Below are positions 1 through 9,412 of a stretch of DNA of 64,000 nucleotides, piece after piece (positions within the stretch are counted from its first letter, which is position 1; each line of letters begins with the position of its first letter). Source of the stretch: Candidatus Omnitrophota bacterium. GTDB lineage: Bacteria; Omnitrophota; Gorgyraeia; Gygaellales; Profunditerraquicolaceae. The position numbers and the translations under genes are program-made. Under the pieces are notes generated by a model that was not told the origin of the DNA, did not search any database, and worked only from the letters and a program-made list of their open reading frames with translations. The DNA is taken from NCBI GenBank assembly GCA_017992455.1, contig JAGOOP010000006.1, forward strand, positions 1,707-65,706, read 5' to 3'.

Positions 1-394
1 TCTGCGGAGGCAGATACGCCCGGGAAGTGACATATCCTCTTCTGCGGTAGGCATCGGTTATCAGATCCGCGACCTTCTGCATGTCGGCAAGGGTCAATTC
101 CCTGTTCTCGAACGGCGCCGTGATCCTGGCGATCTGTTCGTAGTTCAGAAGCGTAACACGGCTGACATTGATGCCTCTGACGAACGCCTTCTGCTCCCGC
201 GAAGCAGGAAGAGGCTGTGCGGCCGCCGGTTCTTCTATCTGCGGCTGTTCCTGCTCCGCCTCGATGCGCTCACGCATAAGCTTCTCTTCTTCAACCTGGC
301 GCTCGCCGGTCTGGACTTTTTCTACCTGGGCAATGACGAATGAGGGAAATAGAACGGAAAGACAGACAACTGCGGCTAGAACGGGATTACGCAT
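1..394 (-). CDS. ShlB/FhaC/HecB-type (TpsB-like) outer-membrane transporter, N-terminal fragment; gene runs off the window at position 1
   Basis: Own minus-strand translation from ATG 394 gives MRNPVLAAVVCLSVLFPSFVIAQ (signal peptide) ...FVRGINVSRVTLLNYEQIARITAPFENRELTLADMQKVADLITDAYRRRGYVTSRAYLPPQ. This parallels the POTRA segment of the 6044-7783 paralog. SD aaggggg lies upstream. Absent from the ORF track because there is no stop in the window. Confidence 0.6.
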   Translation of the reverse strand, partial: MRNPVLAAVVCLSVLFPSFVIAQVEKVQTGERQVEEEKLMRERIEAEQEQPQIEEPAAAQPLPASREQKAFVRGINVSRVTLLNYEQIARITAPFENRELTLADMQKVADLITDAYRRRGYVTSRAYLPPQ

Positions 395-460
395 ACCTGC
401 CCCCTTGTTAGGCTTGATTTATTTAACCTTCATTGTAGCATAATCTTTCGCGCCTGCAAG

Positions 461-550
461 AAAAAAAGGGCTAAAAACGGGGTCAGAATTATTTATTTGC
501 CGGCGCTCACATAGCGAGCAAATAAATAATTCTGACCCCGTTTTTAGCCC
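461..550 (-). terminator. Intrinsic terminator: perfect 33-bp-stem hairpin followed by a U7 tract (minus-strand sense)
   Basis: 468-500 (gggctaaaaacggggtcagaattatttatttgc) is the exact reverse complement of 518-550, with a 17-nt loop. A7 at 461-467 gives U7 on the minus-strand RNA. The hairpin starts 6 nt after the nitroreductase stop at 557. Confidence 0.7.
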
Positions 551-556
551 TTATCT

Positions 557-1057
557 TTACCAGCGCTCATGGTGGATCCTCGCTGTGTTAAAGCGGTTCG
601 CCGGCGGCAGGTCCTGTTCGGGATGGCCGACCGGTATAATGGCAAACGGCACGATATGCTCGGGCAGAGAGAAATATTTCTTAAGGTTATCGACCCTGTC
701 CTGGCGCGGAAAAACCCCAAGCCATACAGCGCCGAGCCCCTGGGACGTCACCTCGATGAGCATATTCTCGACCGCAGCGGAGCAATCCTGCATCCAGTAA
801 CCCTGATGCTTTTCAAGCGACAGGTCCCCGCATACGACGATCGCCACCGGCGCGTCAGCCGCCGCCCGCGCATACGGGGAACATTCGCTGACCTTTTTGC
901 GCGCCCCGGCCTCTCTCACGACGATGAACTGCCACGGCTGCTGATTCCCCGCCGACGGCGCTGCCATCGCGGCAGAAAGTATCTTCTCAACCGCTTCTTC
1001 GCTCACATCCGCGTCCGTGAACCTTCGAACGCTCCTTCTCCTTAATATCGCATCCAT
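557..1057 (-). CDS. Nitroreductase family protein
   Basis: 166 aa. RRRSVRRF and PSAGNQQPW motifs are typical of the FMN nitroreductase fold. SD aggaagga lies upstream. Confidence 0.85.
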   Translation of the reverse strand: MDAILRRRSVRRFTDADVSEEAVEKILSAAMAAPSAGNQQPWQFIVVREAGARKKVSECSPYARAAADAPVAIVVCGDLSLEKHQGYWMQDCSAAVENMLIEVTSQGLGAVWLGVFPRQDRVDNLKKYFSLPEHIVPFAIIPVGHPEQDLPPANRFNTARIHHERW

Positions 1058-1079
1058 GGCATTCCTTCCTATAAATATC

Positions 1080-1107
1080 TTGAAATCGGTTTTTTTTACG
1101 CTACAAT
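1080..1107 (+). promoter_or_regulatory. Sigma70-type promoter, leaderless-type geometry
   Basis: TTGAAA (1080-1085), 16-nt spacer, TACAAT (1102-1107). The ATG at 1114 begins 6 nt after the -10 and has no clear SD. Confidence 0.4.
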
Positions 1108-1113
1108 AAGGGT

Positions 1114-1848
1114 ATGTTCCTGTTTATCCGCCTCCTCTTAGCGCATTTTATCGGCGACTTCCCCCTCCAGTTCGATTTTATATTCAAGCTGAAACTCAAA
1201 GGCCTGCGGGGAGTTATCCCCCACGCGCTGATCATATTCTTCTGCGGCATTGCGATGTCCTGGCCGTATCTTCATATGCCGCTCGTATGGGGATTCCTGG
1301 CCTTCATCGCCATAACGCACCTGATCCAGGACTCGCTAAAGATCAATTACGGAAAATCAAAACACGGCTTCTGGGCATATGTGATCGATCAGATAACGCA
1401 CGCCAGCCTCATCTCACTGATCTTCTTCACCGGACTGAAAGACCTGCCCGCGCCCGAGCCGTCGAACTGGTTCGTCAGGCTCTATTCCCACGACGGCCTT
1501 GTCATCTACCTTATCATCCTCATCGCCGCAACCTACAACGGCCACTTCCTCATCAGATGTTACAAAGACTCGTTCGTCAAGAACGCCAATCCCTGCGACG
1601 CGTATGAAAAATGGTTCGGGATGTTCGAGCGGCTCGCGATCGTATCGCTCTTCCTCACGCCTCTGCCGCTGTGGCTCGTTATCCTGCTGAGCCTTGCTTT
1701 GCGGCCGCTCACCTATGTGTCTCTCAAAGAACGACTGTCCCTGCACCGCTGCTTCGTCGCCGTCCCGGACATGGTCCTCAGCTGGATCATCGGCTTGAGC
1801 TGCGGCATCACGCTCTCTCTACTTCAATCCCGTTACCCGGTATATTGA
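1114..1848 (+). CDS. DUF3307-like multi-pass membrane protein
   Basis: 244 aa, hydrophobic throughout. The N-terminus LLLAHFIGDFPLQ resembles the DUF3307 signature as I remember it. The 3' end overlaps the convergent cyclase gene by 30 nt. Confidence 0.6.
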   Translation: MFLFIRLLLAHFIGDFPLQFDFIFKLKLKGLRGVIPHALIIFFCGIAMSWPYLHMPLVWGFLAFIAITHLIQDSLKINYGKSKHGFWAYVIDQITHASLISLIFFTGLKDLPAPEPSNWFVRLYSHDGLVIYLIILIAATYNGHFLIRCYKDSFVKNANPCDAYEKWFGMFERLAIVSLFLTPLPLWLVILLSLALRPLTYVSLKERLSLHRCFVAVPDMVLSWIIGLSCGITLSLLQSRYPVY

Positions 1849-4056
1849 AATCGGATTTGCCTTTCCCTTGACCATGATCGGCTCCAGTTTCTCCACAATG
1901 ACATGGTCCCGGGCCATCTCATAGGTCGATTCGCTGATGATGATCTCGCCCTTGCCCGCAGCGGCGCACAGCCGCGCGCCGAGATTCACGTTATCCCCGA
2001 TGACCGTGTAATCCATGCGCTCCGCAGACCCCATGTTCCCGACGACCATGTCGCCGGTATTGATGCCGATGCCGATCTGGATCGCAGACTTCGCGTCCTG
2101 GGCAAGTTTCTGGCGCAATTCATCCATTTTTTTCTGTATATCGATGGCGACGCGGATCGCCACAAGCGCGTGGTCCTTTTCATGCCTGTTGCTCGGCGCT
2201 CCGAAGAACGCCATGACCTCGTCACCGACGAACTTGTCGAGCGTGCCGTTGTAATGGAATATCACCTTGACCTGCAATGAAAGGACCTCATTGAGCATCG
2301 CGACGACCTCTTCGGGCTGGCGCGATTCGGAGAACGAGGTAAAACCCCGCACGTCGGAGAACATGACGGTCAGCCGCTTGCGCTCTCCGCCGAGCGTCAG
2401 CCGCGACGGATTATCCATCATCTCGGTGATGACCTCATGCGACAGGTAATGCGAGAACGCGCCCTTGATCCAGAGTTTCTCCCGCTCTTCGGTGAAAAAC
2501 CGGTAACTCGTGATCGCCGTCAGCCCGAACACGACGATCCCCATCGGGCCCACCATGTCGAACCACAATCCGCGGGTGACGAATAAATGCAAAGAAAGCC
2601 AGAAATATCCCCCCGCATACAGAACAGCCAGCAGCAGGCTTTTCCAGAGTTTCAAAAGCGAAACAAAGGTTATGACCAGCGCGGTCAACACGAGCATGAG
2701 CACCCGCAGGGCCATGCGCTGCCTGACGATGAACCGCTCGGTCAGTATGGTATTGATGATGTTCGAATGCGTGCCGACCATTGGATAATTCTCCTGCAAA
2801 GGGATCGGCCGCAGATCGTGCGTGCCGGTCGCGGTCAGCCCCACAATGCAGATCTTGCCGTTGACAAGCGCGGTCAGCCGGGCGATCAGGTCCGCCTCCA
2901 TCTTCTTAAGGGTCTCCTCAGCCCCGGACAGGCTCGCGCCCTGGCCGGACAACTGCATGCGCACGTCCTCAAGCTGCAGGACCAGATAATACGGGATATG
3001 CTTGAACGTCCTGTCCCAGGCGCCGTGCCAGTTCACCATCATGCAGCCTTCGTTGTCGACCGGGATGACAATATCCCTGCGTCCCGGATGGAACCGGGCG
3101 TTCTTAAGCGTGACGCTGTAGGGCGCCAGCTCCACCCGTTCGACCTCAAGCCGGTCGATGAGCGCGGCGATCGTCAGCTGAGGCAATATTTTATCCTCGT
3201 ACCTGACAAACAGGGGGATCTTGCGCGTCACGCCGTCTATATCAGGGTCAGCGTTGATAAAACCGCTGCCCATCATGCGCCGGGCATATTCCACGATCGG
3301 AACGCTCAAGGTCCCTGCTTCATTGGCGTACGGCCACGAGGCAGCGTCTATGGAAAACCGGTTCACGTAGAAATATACCGTCCGGTGATGCTCGAACCGC
3401 TCCCGGGCGTACGCTTCGTCCTCGGGGAACAGGAAGAACCCGTATTCTCTCTCCATGCGCTCCAGGCACGCGTCAAACGACATTTCAGGATCTTTGCGCA
3501 CGATGCCGCGGACCACTTCATCAAGCACCATGCGCCGGGCAATGGGAAGCTTCTCGCGCACAAGGTTCTCGTCAACATTGATCGATCGCGCCGCTTTGTC
3601 CGCAGGAACCGCAATATCATGCATGAGCACTTCTTTGAGTTTCGGAAAAGGAAACGGCTGGGGCTTGCTGAAATAGAACGGAAGGTATGTAATGCCGCTG
3701 CGGTGCATGGCGTCGGCGAACGCCTCGTCCTCGCGCGGATCCCTGTCCGCCTCGCTGAAGATGACATCCCAGAGGACCTGCCGGGCCCCGCATTCATTGA
3801 GGATCTTCGTCAGGCGCGCGTGATACGTCCGGGGCCAGGGCCACCTGCCCGCTTTCTCAAGGCTCCGGTCGTCGATATCGATATGGACGACCGGGCCGCG
3901 GGTCGGCTGCGTGCCCTGAAGGGTAAAACGCAGGTCGAGCGCCTTCAATTCCAGGATCTCATATGGCTTGGAACGGACGGAGAAAAAGATGGCCACCGCC
4001 AGCGAAAGCGTTATCGTAAGGCTGACGGTCAGTTTAAGGCGGGTCTTCTTGTTCAC
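1819..4056 (-). CDS. CHASE2 sensor domain-containing class III adenylate/guanylate cyclase
   Basis: 745 aa with a GTG start. It has an N-terminal TM, a ~400-aa periplasmic CHASE2-like region (DDRSLEKAGRWPWPR) and 3 TMs. The cyclase core carries MFSDVRGFTSFSE, KFVGDEVMAFFGAP and YTVIGDNVNLGARL. Confidence 0.9.
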   Translation of the reverse strand: MNKKTRLKLTVSLTITLSLAVAIFFSVRSKPYEILELKALDLRFTLQGTQPTRGPVVHIDIDDRSLEKAGRWPWPRTYHARLTKILNECGARQVLWDVIFSEADRDPREDEAFADAMHRSGITYLPFYFSKPQPFPFPKLKEVLMHDIAVPADKAARSINVDENLVREKLPIARRMVLDEVVRGIVRKDPEMSFDACLERMEREYGFFLFPEDEAYARERFEHHRTVYFYVNRFSIDAASWPYANEAGTLSVPIVEYARRMMGSGFINADPDIDGVTRKIPLFVRYEDKILPQLTIAALIDRLEVERVELAPYSVTLKNARFHPGRRDIVIPVDNEGCMMVNWHGAWDRTFKHIPYYLVLQLEDVRMQLSGQGASLSGAEETLKKMEADLIARLTALVNGKICIVGLTATGTHDLRPIPLQENYPMVGTHSNIINTILTERFIVRQRMALRVLMLVLTALVITFVSLLKLWKSLLLAVLYAGGYFWLSLHLFVTRGLWFDMVGPMGIVVFGLTAITSYRFFTEEREKLWIKGAFSHYLSHEVITEMMDNPSRLTLGGERKRLTVMFSDVRGFTSFSESRQPEEVVAMLNEVLSLQVKVIFHYNGTLDKFVGDEVMAFFGAPSNRHEKDHALVAIRVAIDIQKKMDELRQKLAQDAKSAIQIGIGINTGDMVVGNMGSAERMDYTVIGDNVNLGARLCAAAGKGEIIISESTYEMARDHVIVEKLEPIMVKGKANPISIYRVTGLK

Positions 4057-4089
4057 GTGGTGGCTCGCGAATGGCCGCGGCGGATGGCG

Positions 4090-5103
4090 CTAGAACCGGT
4101 AATACGCCGAAAGCGACATCAATGATCCGGAATACCGTTCGCCCGGCTCGTTCGATTTGTTCTGCCGGTACGAATAATTCAGGCCGAGCGAAAGCGCTTT
4201 GTTGACCGTATAGAACAACGCGGCCGTGTACAGGTATGTCTTGTCCTCCTGATTGGCGCCCGTGTCATTGATCAATGTCCTGGTGCGGTAATCCCTGATC
4301 TGCCGCGACGCGGACAGGTAGCCGAAAAGCTTGGTCGAGAACAGATGCGTCAGGGACGCGCCGAACCGGAACGAATCGTAATCATAATAGTTCAGGTATT
4401 TCTCGTCGGAATTATTATTGTAATACTCGAAATTGAGCTTGAACATGTCCTTTTCGAAGAATTTGCCGATCTCATACGTAAAGGTATTGCGCACGTCATC
4501 GCGTTTTTTCGTGCCGACGACGCCGTCATGGGAACGGTTATACCGCTTGGCGTAATTCCGGTAGGAACCGTCATACCTGAGGCTGTGGAACATCTTTTCA
4601 GGCAGTGTCTGCTTGAACTTCAGGTCGATGATCTGCTCGATGTAATCGTCGGTGCCCGTGTGATAGTATTCGATCACGTCGAACCCGTATCCGCCCGAAA
4701 GGGTGATGTTCTTGTTGAGCCGGTGGTCAAGCCCCGTGTGGATGCCGTTGCGTATCATATCGAGCTTGCGGTGGTCAGGATACACGAGGTTCATGAGCTC
4801 GTAGTCGAAGAAGAACTCCGTCTGGCGCCAGATCGGTCCGGCGAACGAAGAGCTGATGAATTCCTGCGTGTAGAGATCTCCGTCGCGGCGGCTGTCAAGA
4901 TACGCGTTATTGTCGTAGCCGACCGTGACAGCGGCGAGATTATTGAAATCGCCTTTTTCCCACAATGTCTGCTGCGCTTCGAGATATATCTTCTTGACCC
5001 TCGGCGTGACCTCCTCTTCCATGAGATCGGCTGCGCTGCAGAGCGCCGGGATGGAAAAGGCAACTGCCATCAACCAGACAATTTTTGCTCTCGACATGGA
5101 CAT
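4090..5103 (-). CDS. Outer-membrane beta-barrel protein, family uncertain
   Basis: 337 aa with signal peptide MSMSRAKIVWLMAVAFSIPALCSA. Alternating Y/N/D/R-rich strand pattern and an OMP-type C-terminus ...LSAYYRF. SD AGGAGG. Confidence 0.6.
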   Translation of the reverse strand: MSMSRAKIVWLMAVAFSIPALCSAADLMEEEVTPRVKKIYLEAQQTLWEKGDFNNLAAVTVGYDNNAYLDSRRDGDLYTQEFISSSFAGPIWRQTEFFFDYELMNLVYPDHRKLDMIRNGIHTGLDHRLNKNITLSGGYGFDVIEYYHTGTDDYIEQIIDLKFKQTLPEKMFHSLRYDGSYRNYAKRYNRSHDGVVGTKKRDDVRNTFTYEIGKFFEKDMFKLNFEYYNNNSDEKYLNYYDYDSFRFGASLTHLFSTKLFGYLSASRQIRDYRTRTLINDTGANQEDKTYLYTAALFYTVNKALSLGLNYSYRQNKSNEPGERYSGSLMSLSAYYRF

Positions 5104-5151
5104 CGTTCCTCCTTGGAAATGATTATACCCCGCCGGCCATACGGCGTCTTA

Positions 5152-6009
5152 TTACGGCTCATACGGTTCGTAAGGTTCCTCGTGCTCCTCTTCTTCCAGC
5201 CGGTCCTTTATATCCTCGATCGTATTGCGCTCGTCGGTAATATCCTTGGTGTCGATGATCTGGTCCAGGGCCGATTTCTTCTCTTCCGCCTGCTCGCTCA
5301 GGGTCTCGATGACGGATTTTTCCGGCTCGAACCTTCGTTCCCGTTCCTGGCGCCGCGGCTCTCTTCCTTCTGCGCGGCTCGTCAGGTCGCTGCGGATATT
5401 ATCGAATTTTTCGAATTCCCTCAGGCTCACCTGCAGGAGCGCGCTCGGCTCCTTGAACCGCTCGATAAAGGTCCTGAAGCCTTCGGGAAGCATCATATCC
5501 ATCAACTGCACATTATCGGCGTCAAAAGCCTTGATGAACACCGTATCCTTCAATGCCGCCACTTCGTCCTGGTCAGGCTCCACGTACACCATGTAGCTGG
5601 AACCCCTGACGCCGGCCACAGCCGACGGCGTGGTCACTTCAAAGCTCATTCCGGCCCTGAGGCCTTCGAGGTTCGAATATACCCTTCCGCGGGAAATGTC
5701 GAGCCGGTCGATGACCGTATCGCTCTCGGCCGCGTGCAGGACCGCAAGGGTCTTTTCGGCAAGTTGTATCGTGTTCTTCTTTTCGCTGTCAAGGGCGATA
5801 TCGACCTTTGAATGGCGCGCGGTCCTTACCGTGTCCCCGACGTTCAACTGCATGCCTTTTTCCGCTGTTCTCCACTCCTGGCTGTTGGAGGACTGCACCT
5901 GGACATTGCCCTGAACAAAAAGGACTTCTGCCGAATGCGCCGCCCCGAGAATGGAAATGACCGCAAGGGCAAGCATTATACTCAGTATCAACATCCGATA
6001 TCTTCTCAT
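5152..6009 (-). CDS. Secreted FecR domain-containing protein
   Basis: 285 aa with signal peptide ...ILGAAHSA. FecR-like core VLFVQGNVQVQSSNSQEWRTAEKGMQLNVGDTVRTARHSKVDIALD. Acidic disordered tail ...RLEEEEHEEPYEPYEP. Confidence 0.8.
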   Translation of the reverse strand: MRRYRMLILSIMLALAVISILGAAHSAEVLFVQGNVQVQSSNSQEWRTAEKGMQLNVGDTVRTARHSKVDIALDSEKKNTIQLAEKTLAVLHAAESDTVIDRLDISRGRVYSNLEGLRAGMSFEVTTPSAVAGVRGSSYMVYVEPDQDEVAALKDTVFIKAFDADNVQLMDMMLPEGFRTFIERFKEPSALLQVSLREFEKFDNIRSDLTSRAEGREPRRQERERRFEPEKSVIETLSEQAEEKKSALDQIIDTKDITDERNTIEDIKDRLEEEEHEEPYEPYEP

Positions 6010-6043
6010 ATTCGTCTCTCCCTCTGTATTGAATACGCTATGA

Positions 6044-7783
6044 TCAGAACCCCTTGGTTATGGCAAACCACGCGTGAGCGTGATCGCCGTCCTTGGTCGG
6101 TTGGTCGCTCAAAGGCCAGCCGATGTCGAGACGGAATGAAAACGCCCTGTCCGGGACCTTGAACTCGCAGCCGATGCCGCCGGACGTATATTCATAGTGC
6201 TTCGGATTTCCTTCCTGATGTGTCTTGAAGCTTGCCTTCGCGTAATCGAGGAACGTGAACAAACGCACGGCATCATACATCTTGGTCTTTGAATACGGCA
6301 CAGAGAGCCCCCGCGACAGGCCGAACGGAGGAAATGACAACCCGGTGGTAAAAGATATCCCTTCGTCTCCGGGCGCCTGGGCCCGCGGGAAGCCCCGCAT
6401 ATCGATGACACCCATGAAACCGCCGATACTGAAAACGTTGACCCCGGGCTGTGCCTGCGAGGATTTCTGCCAGTGCATTTTGCCGAGCCAGTCGATGTCT
6501 TTCATGAGCTTCTGCCTTCTGGCAACGATCAAATGGTTCTTCTTATACCCGCCGCCTGCGCCAGCGACGGAGCAGGATTCGTCTTCAGCCGTTGACGCGC
6601 CGAATATCCGGGGAATGCCGATCTCCAGGTCGTTGGCCACGATCCAGCGGCCGTACCGGTCAACGCGGTTCAGGTCGAGGCTCCAGAGCGCAGCGCCGAA
6701 CTTATCCGCCTTTTGCTTCCTGCCGTATTTCCACCAATGGATGTTCTTATGCACAAAACCGTAGCTCGACACGAACTCGCAGCCCGGCTCGTCGATCAGC
6801 GATTGATAAAAATAGAAATACCACTTGTACGCGTGTTTTTCAAAATCCGTATCGACATTGTCCCCGCAGCAGTAATCCTCGAGCTTATACGGCATGTAAT
6901 AGAACTCGAACTTCCAGTCGGGGTTCAAAGGAAGAAAATAATCGAAATCGAACAAACGGTGGGCGTCGGATTCGGTCGCCTGCGCCTTGAACTGCAGCGT
7001 GTCATCGTGGCCGGTAAAGTTATTGTGCGTGATATAGGTCTTATACCGCTTGTAGGTGATATATTCAGAGCCGTAATTGTCCATCTGCAGCGTTACATGC
7101 ACGGGTTTCTTATCTTTGACCGTCAGGATGACGTCGGTAAGCCCGGTCTGCACATCCGGGTCGCAGGTGATCGAAACCTTGCGGTCCGGATGCTTATTGA
7201 TGCGGTAGATGGAATTGTTAAGCTTCTTGAAATTGAAATAATCCCCTTCTTTCAAGGTAAGCTTCTTTTTGAACACGGCGTCGGAAAAATGCTCGTTGCC
7301 TTCGATGACGATCTTTCCGGTCCGGCCTTCCTTTACGACGATCTGAAGGATGCCTTCGCCAAGCCGCGAAGGATCGATATACCCGTACGAGGTGATGTAC
7401 CCTTCCCTGCTGTACGCGCGGGTCACGCGGTCCGCCACATATTGAAGCTCCCTGCCGGTCAGCTCGCGGTTCTCGTACACGGTCTTCAAACGGGCCCGCG
7501 CCTCAGGCGCCAGGATGGTCGCGCCGACGACACGGACTTCCTTGATAAGGGTCTTGCCCGCAGGCAGCGTGGGCTTGGGGATCTGCGATTCGACGGTCTG
7601 CTTCAGGATGATAGCCGGAGATTTCTGCCGCCCTGCTCCGATGTTCTGCTGGATCGCCTCGGATCTCGGGCTGTCATCATCGCCGCCATCGAGAGCGAAC
7701 GCCGCAGAGGGGCTGACAATGACCGCAGCGAGTAAGAAGACATATATCCATTGCTTTATGCCGCACCACGCTCTTTCTATCAT
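6044..7783 (-). CDS. ShlB/FhaC/HecB family (TpsB-like) outer-membrane transporter with POTRA domain
   Basis: 579 aa with a signal peptide. POTRA segment IKEVRVVGATIL...RELQYVADRVTRAYSREGYITSYGYIDP. Large barrel ending WFAITKGF. SD AGGAGG 8 nt upstream of the ATG. Confidence 0.85.
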   Translation of the reverse strand: MIERAWCGIKQWIYVFLLAAVIVSPSAAFALDGGDDDSPRSEAIQQNIGAGRQKSPAIILKQTVESQIPKPTLPAGKTLIKEVRVVGATILAPEARARLKTVYENRELTGRELQYVADRVTRAYSREGYITSYGYIDPSRLGEGILQIVVKEGRTGKIVIEGNEHFSDAVFKKKLTLKEGDYFNFKKLNNSIYRINKHPDRKVSITCDPDVQTGLTDVILTVKDKKPVHVTLQMDNYGSEYITYKRYKTYITHNNFTGHDDTLQFKAQATESDAHRLFDFDYFLPLNPDWKFEFYYMPYKLEDYCCGDNVDTDFEKHAYKWYFYFYQSLIDEPGCEFVSSYGFVHKNIHWWKYGRKQKADKFGAALWSLDLNRVDRYGRWIVANDLEIGIPRIFGASTAEDESCSVAGAGGGYKKNHLIVARRQKLMKDIDWLGKMHWQKSSQAQPGVNVFSIGGFMGVIDMRGFPRAQAPGDEGISFTTGLSFPPFGLSRGLSVPYSKTKMYDAVRLFTFLDYAKASFKTHQEGNPKHYEYTSGGIGCEFKVPDRAFSFRLDIGWPLSDQPTKDGDHAHAWFAITKGF

Positions 7784-7874
7784 GTATAGATCCTCCTTTT
7801 GCCGGAATAATCCGCAAAGTTAACTGATTATATGTTAATACTCGCCTTTCCTTTGTCAAGTAAATACTTGCCGT

Positions 7875-8555
7875 TCATCGCGTTTCGCTCCTCTTTTGAG
7901 AAAAATAATTTATAAAAACGACGATGAACGTGACACACACAAGCAATTGCGCTATGACGACCAGTTGTCCTGCGGTATTTTTCGGCCCGATATCGCCGAA
8001 CCCGACCGTTGTGGTCGCGACAACGCTGAAATAGAACGCAGAAACCGGGTCCATCGCCCTGTCCAGCAGGTCAAAGGCCATATAAACAACTGCAAAATCC
8101 GCCATTACCTCTATATAGTGCAGAAAAATAAGCAAAAGCGACCGATGGTAAGAAACAACAGCAGTATGCAGGTCATCAAGGAATACCAGATGGAGGATAT
8201 GGACGAATGTATCGCACAGAAAATATATGATAAGGAACACCGCAAAAGGGTTCGCATGCCATCCCTGCCACAGAACTGCCAGCGGGAACAGGAATTTGAA
8301 AAGCGTATATGCCTCGACTGCCAATTTGCGCCCGGGCGCCCCCCAGTACCCGAACACATCCCGTATCAAAAGGACCGGGAACAGGAACTGCACCAGGCAC
8401 AGAGAAAGGCGCGCGATCCGCTCAAGGCCATAGGTCTGTTCGCCCCAGACCTTTCGCACCTGCTCCATCTGCCGGGCATACGCCTCATGGATCTTATCGC
8501 GCCCGCCTGAACGCGGCACCGGATTTGCAAAGATCTTCAGGAATCCCTGTCTCAT
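7875..8555 (-). CDS. Ion-channel (K+ channel-like, two-TM pore) protein
   Basis: 226 aa. TM helices plus a pore loop with selectivity-filter-like TTTVGFGDIGP. Confidence 0.75.
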   Translation of the reverse strand: MRQGFLKIFANPVPRSGGRDKIHEAYARQMEQVRKVWGEQTYGLERIARLSLCLVQFLFPVLLIRDVFGYWGAPGRKLAVEAYTLFKFLFPLAVLWQGWHANPFAVFLIIYFLCDTFVHILHLVFLDDLHTAVVSYHRSLLLIFLHYIEVMADFAVVYMAFDLLDRAMDPVSAFYFSVVATTTVGFGDIGPKNTAGQLVVIAQLLVCVTFIVVFINYFSQKRSETR

Positions 8556-8558
8556 TGT

Positions 8559-9398
8559 TTAGTAATAAAACACCGTATAATACTGCATTGTATCGTCTTT
8601 GGTGAACCATTTCTTATCGGGCCCGGGGCCGATATACTTTTTTTCTTTGGTCTTGCGGCTGTCTGCGTTGTAAAAACATTCTTTTGTCGAAGTAACGGCG
8701 TCATCCGCGGTGAACCATACTCCGTCTTTGCCCCTGCCTCCTTCTGAACCGTGGAACTCCCTGACCTTGCCCATTTTGTGCTTGTTGTCATAGTCGAACA
8801 AATGGTATTTTACGATCTCATCGCCTTTATATTCCACATCCTTGACGATCAATCCGGCATGGCCGTGGAAGTAATTGATCGAGCCGATCTCATGGTTCTG
8901 CGGGTCATACCGGCTCACTTTCATTTTCTGCCCCGCATTGTCATACGCATAGACGCCGGTATACTGCAGTATTCCCGTACCGGTAAACAGGGACTCGCCG
9001 GATACCTGCCCGTCAGGCCTGAACTCATAGGTCATATAGTCATCGAGAATATCGTCATCGGTCATCAACAGGCCGTCAACGCCTTTCAGGTGCCCGGACC
9101 TGCGCACGAGCCTGCCCTTGTTGTCGTAATGCAGAAGATAATACTCGTGCACATCATCGTCTTTCGTGAACCAGGCCCCGTCAGCGCCCGCCGTATATTT
9201 TATCTCTTTGCTCACCCGTTCGGGGACGTTCGAGGCAAGCCCCTCGGGTTTTTCCTGATCGAAAAACGGATCGTTCCCCGCCATCCTGCTTTCCCGGTCG
9301 AATTCGATCATCTGCGCCGCGCCTCGGGTAAAAATGAGCGCAAGCATGACAACGCACATGACCGCTATGAAAATTCCGCAATAGATATCTCTTCTCAC
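8559..9398 (-). CDS. Exported repeat protein (G.DG.WFT.DD and YD-like repeats), function unknown
   Basis: 279 aa with a GTG start and an N-terminal TM/signal. Three copies of G(A/K/P)D(G/K).WFT(K/A)DD, plus YAYDNAGQ, FDYDNKHK and LHYDNKGR repeats. Confidence 0.6.
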   Translation of the reverse strand: MRRDIYCGIFIAVMCVVMLALIFTRGAAQMIEFDRESRMAGNDPFFDQEKPEGLASNVPERVSKEIKYTAGADGAWFTKDDDVHEYYLLHYDNKGRLVRRSGHLKGVDGLLMTDDDILDDYMTYEFRPDGQVSGESLFTGTGILQYTGVYAYDNAGQKMKVSRYDPQNHEIGSINYFHGHAGLIVKDVEYKGDEIVKYHLFDYDNKHKMGKVREFHGSEGGRGKDGVWFTADDAVTSTKECFYNADSRKTKEKKYIGPGPDKKWFTKDDTMQYYTVFYY

Positions 9399-9412
9399 CG
9401 TATATATCCCTC

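Noticed and set aside
168-443. 91-aa plus-strand ORF at the left edge
   Set aside because: It is antisense to the much better supported TpsB-like N-terminal fragment, which has a signal peptide, a POTRA similarity and an SD. Its product is Cys/Ser/Arg-rich with no motif.
2587-4125. 512-aa plus-strand ORF antisense to the CHASE2 cyclase. The same situation applies to 4345-5811, 6713-7735, 25030-26598, 33244-34395, 38561-39676, 53239-54300, 56427-57497, 57735-58865 and 60198-61211.
   Set aside because: These are shadow ORFs on the opposite strand of well-supported genes. Their products are Arg/His/Pro/Gly-rich low-complexity sequences without motifs, SDs or signal features. This is the expected behaviour of GC-rich antisense frames.
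7827-7859. TTGACA ... TATAAT upstream of the TpsB-like operon
   Set aside because: Both hexamers are perfect, but the spacer is 21 nt, which is outside the functional 16-19-nt range. There is no TG extension either. A promoter probably exists in 7784-7874, but I cannot place it.
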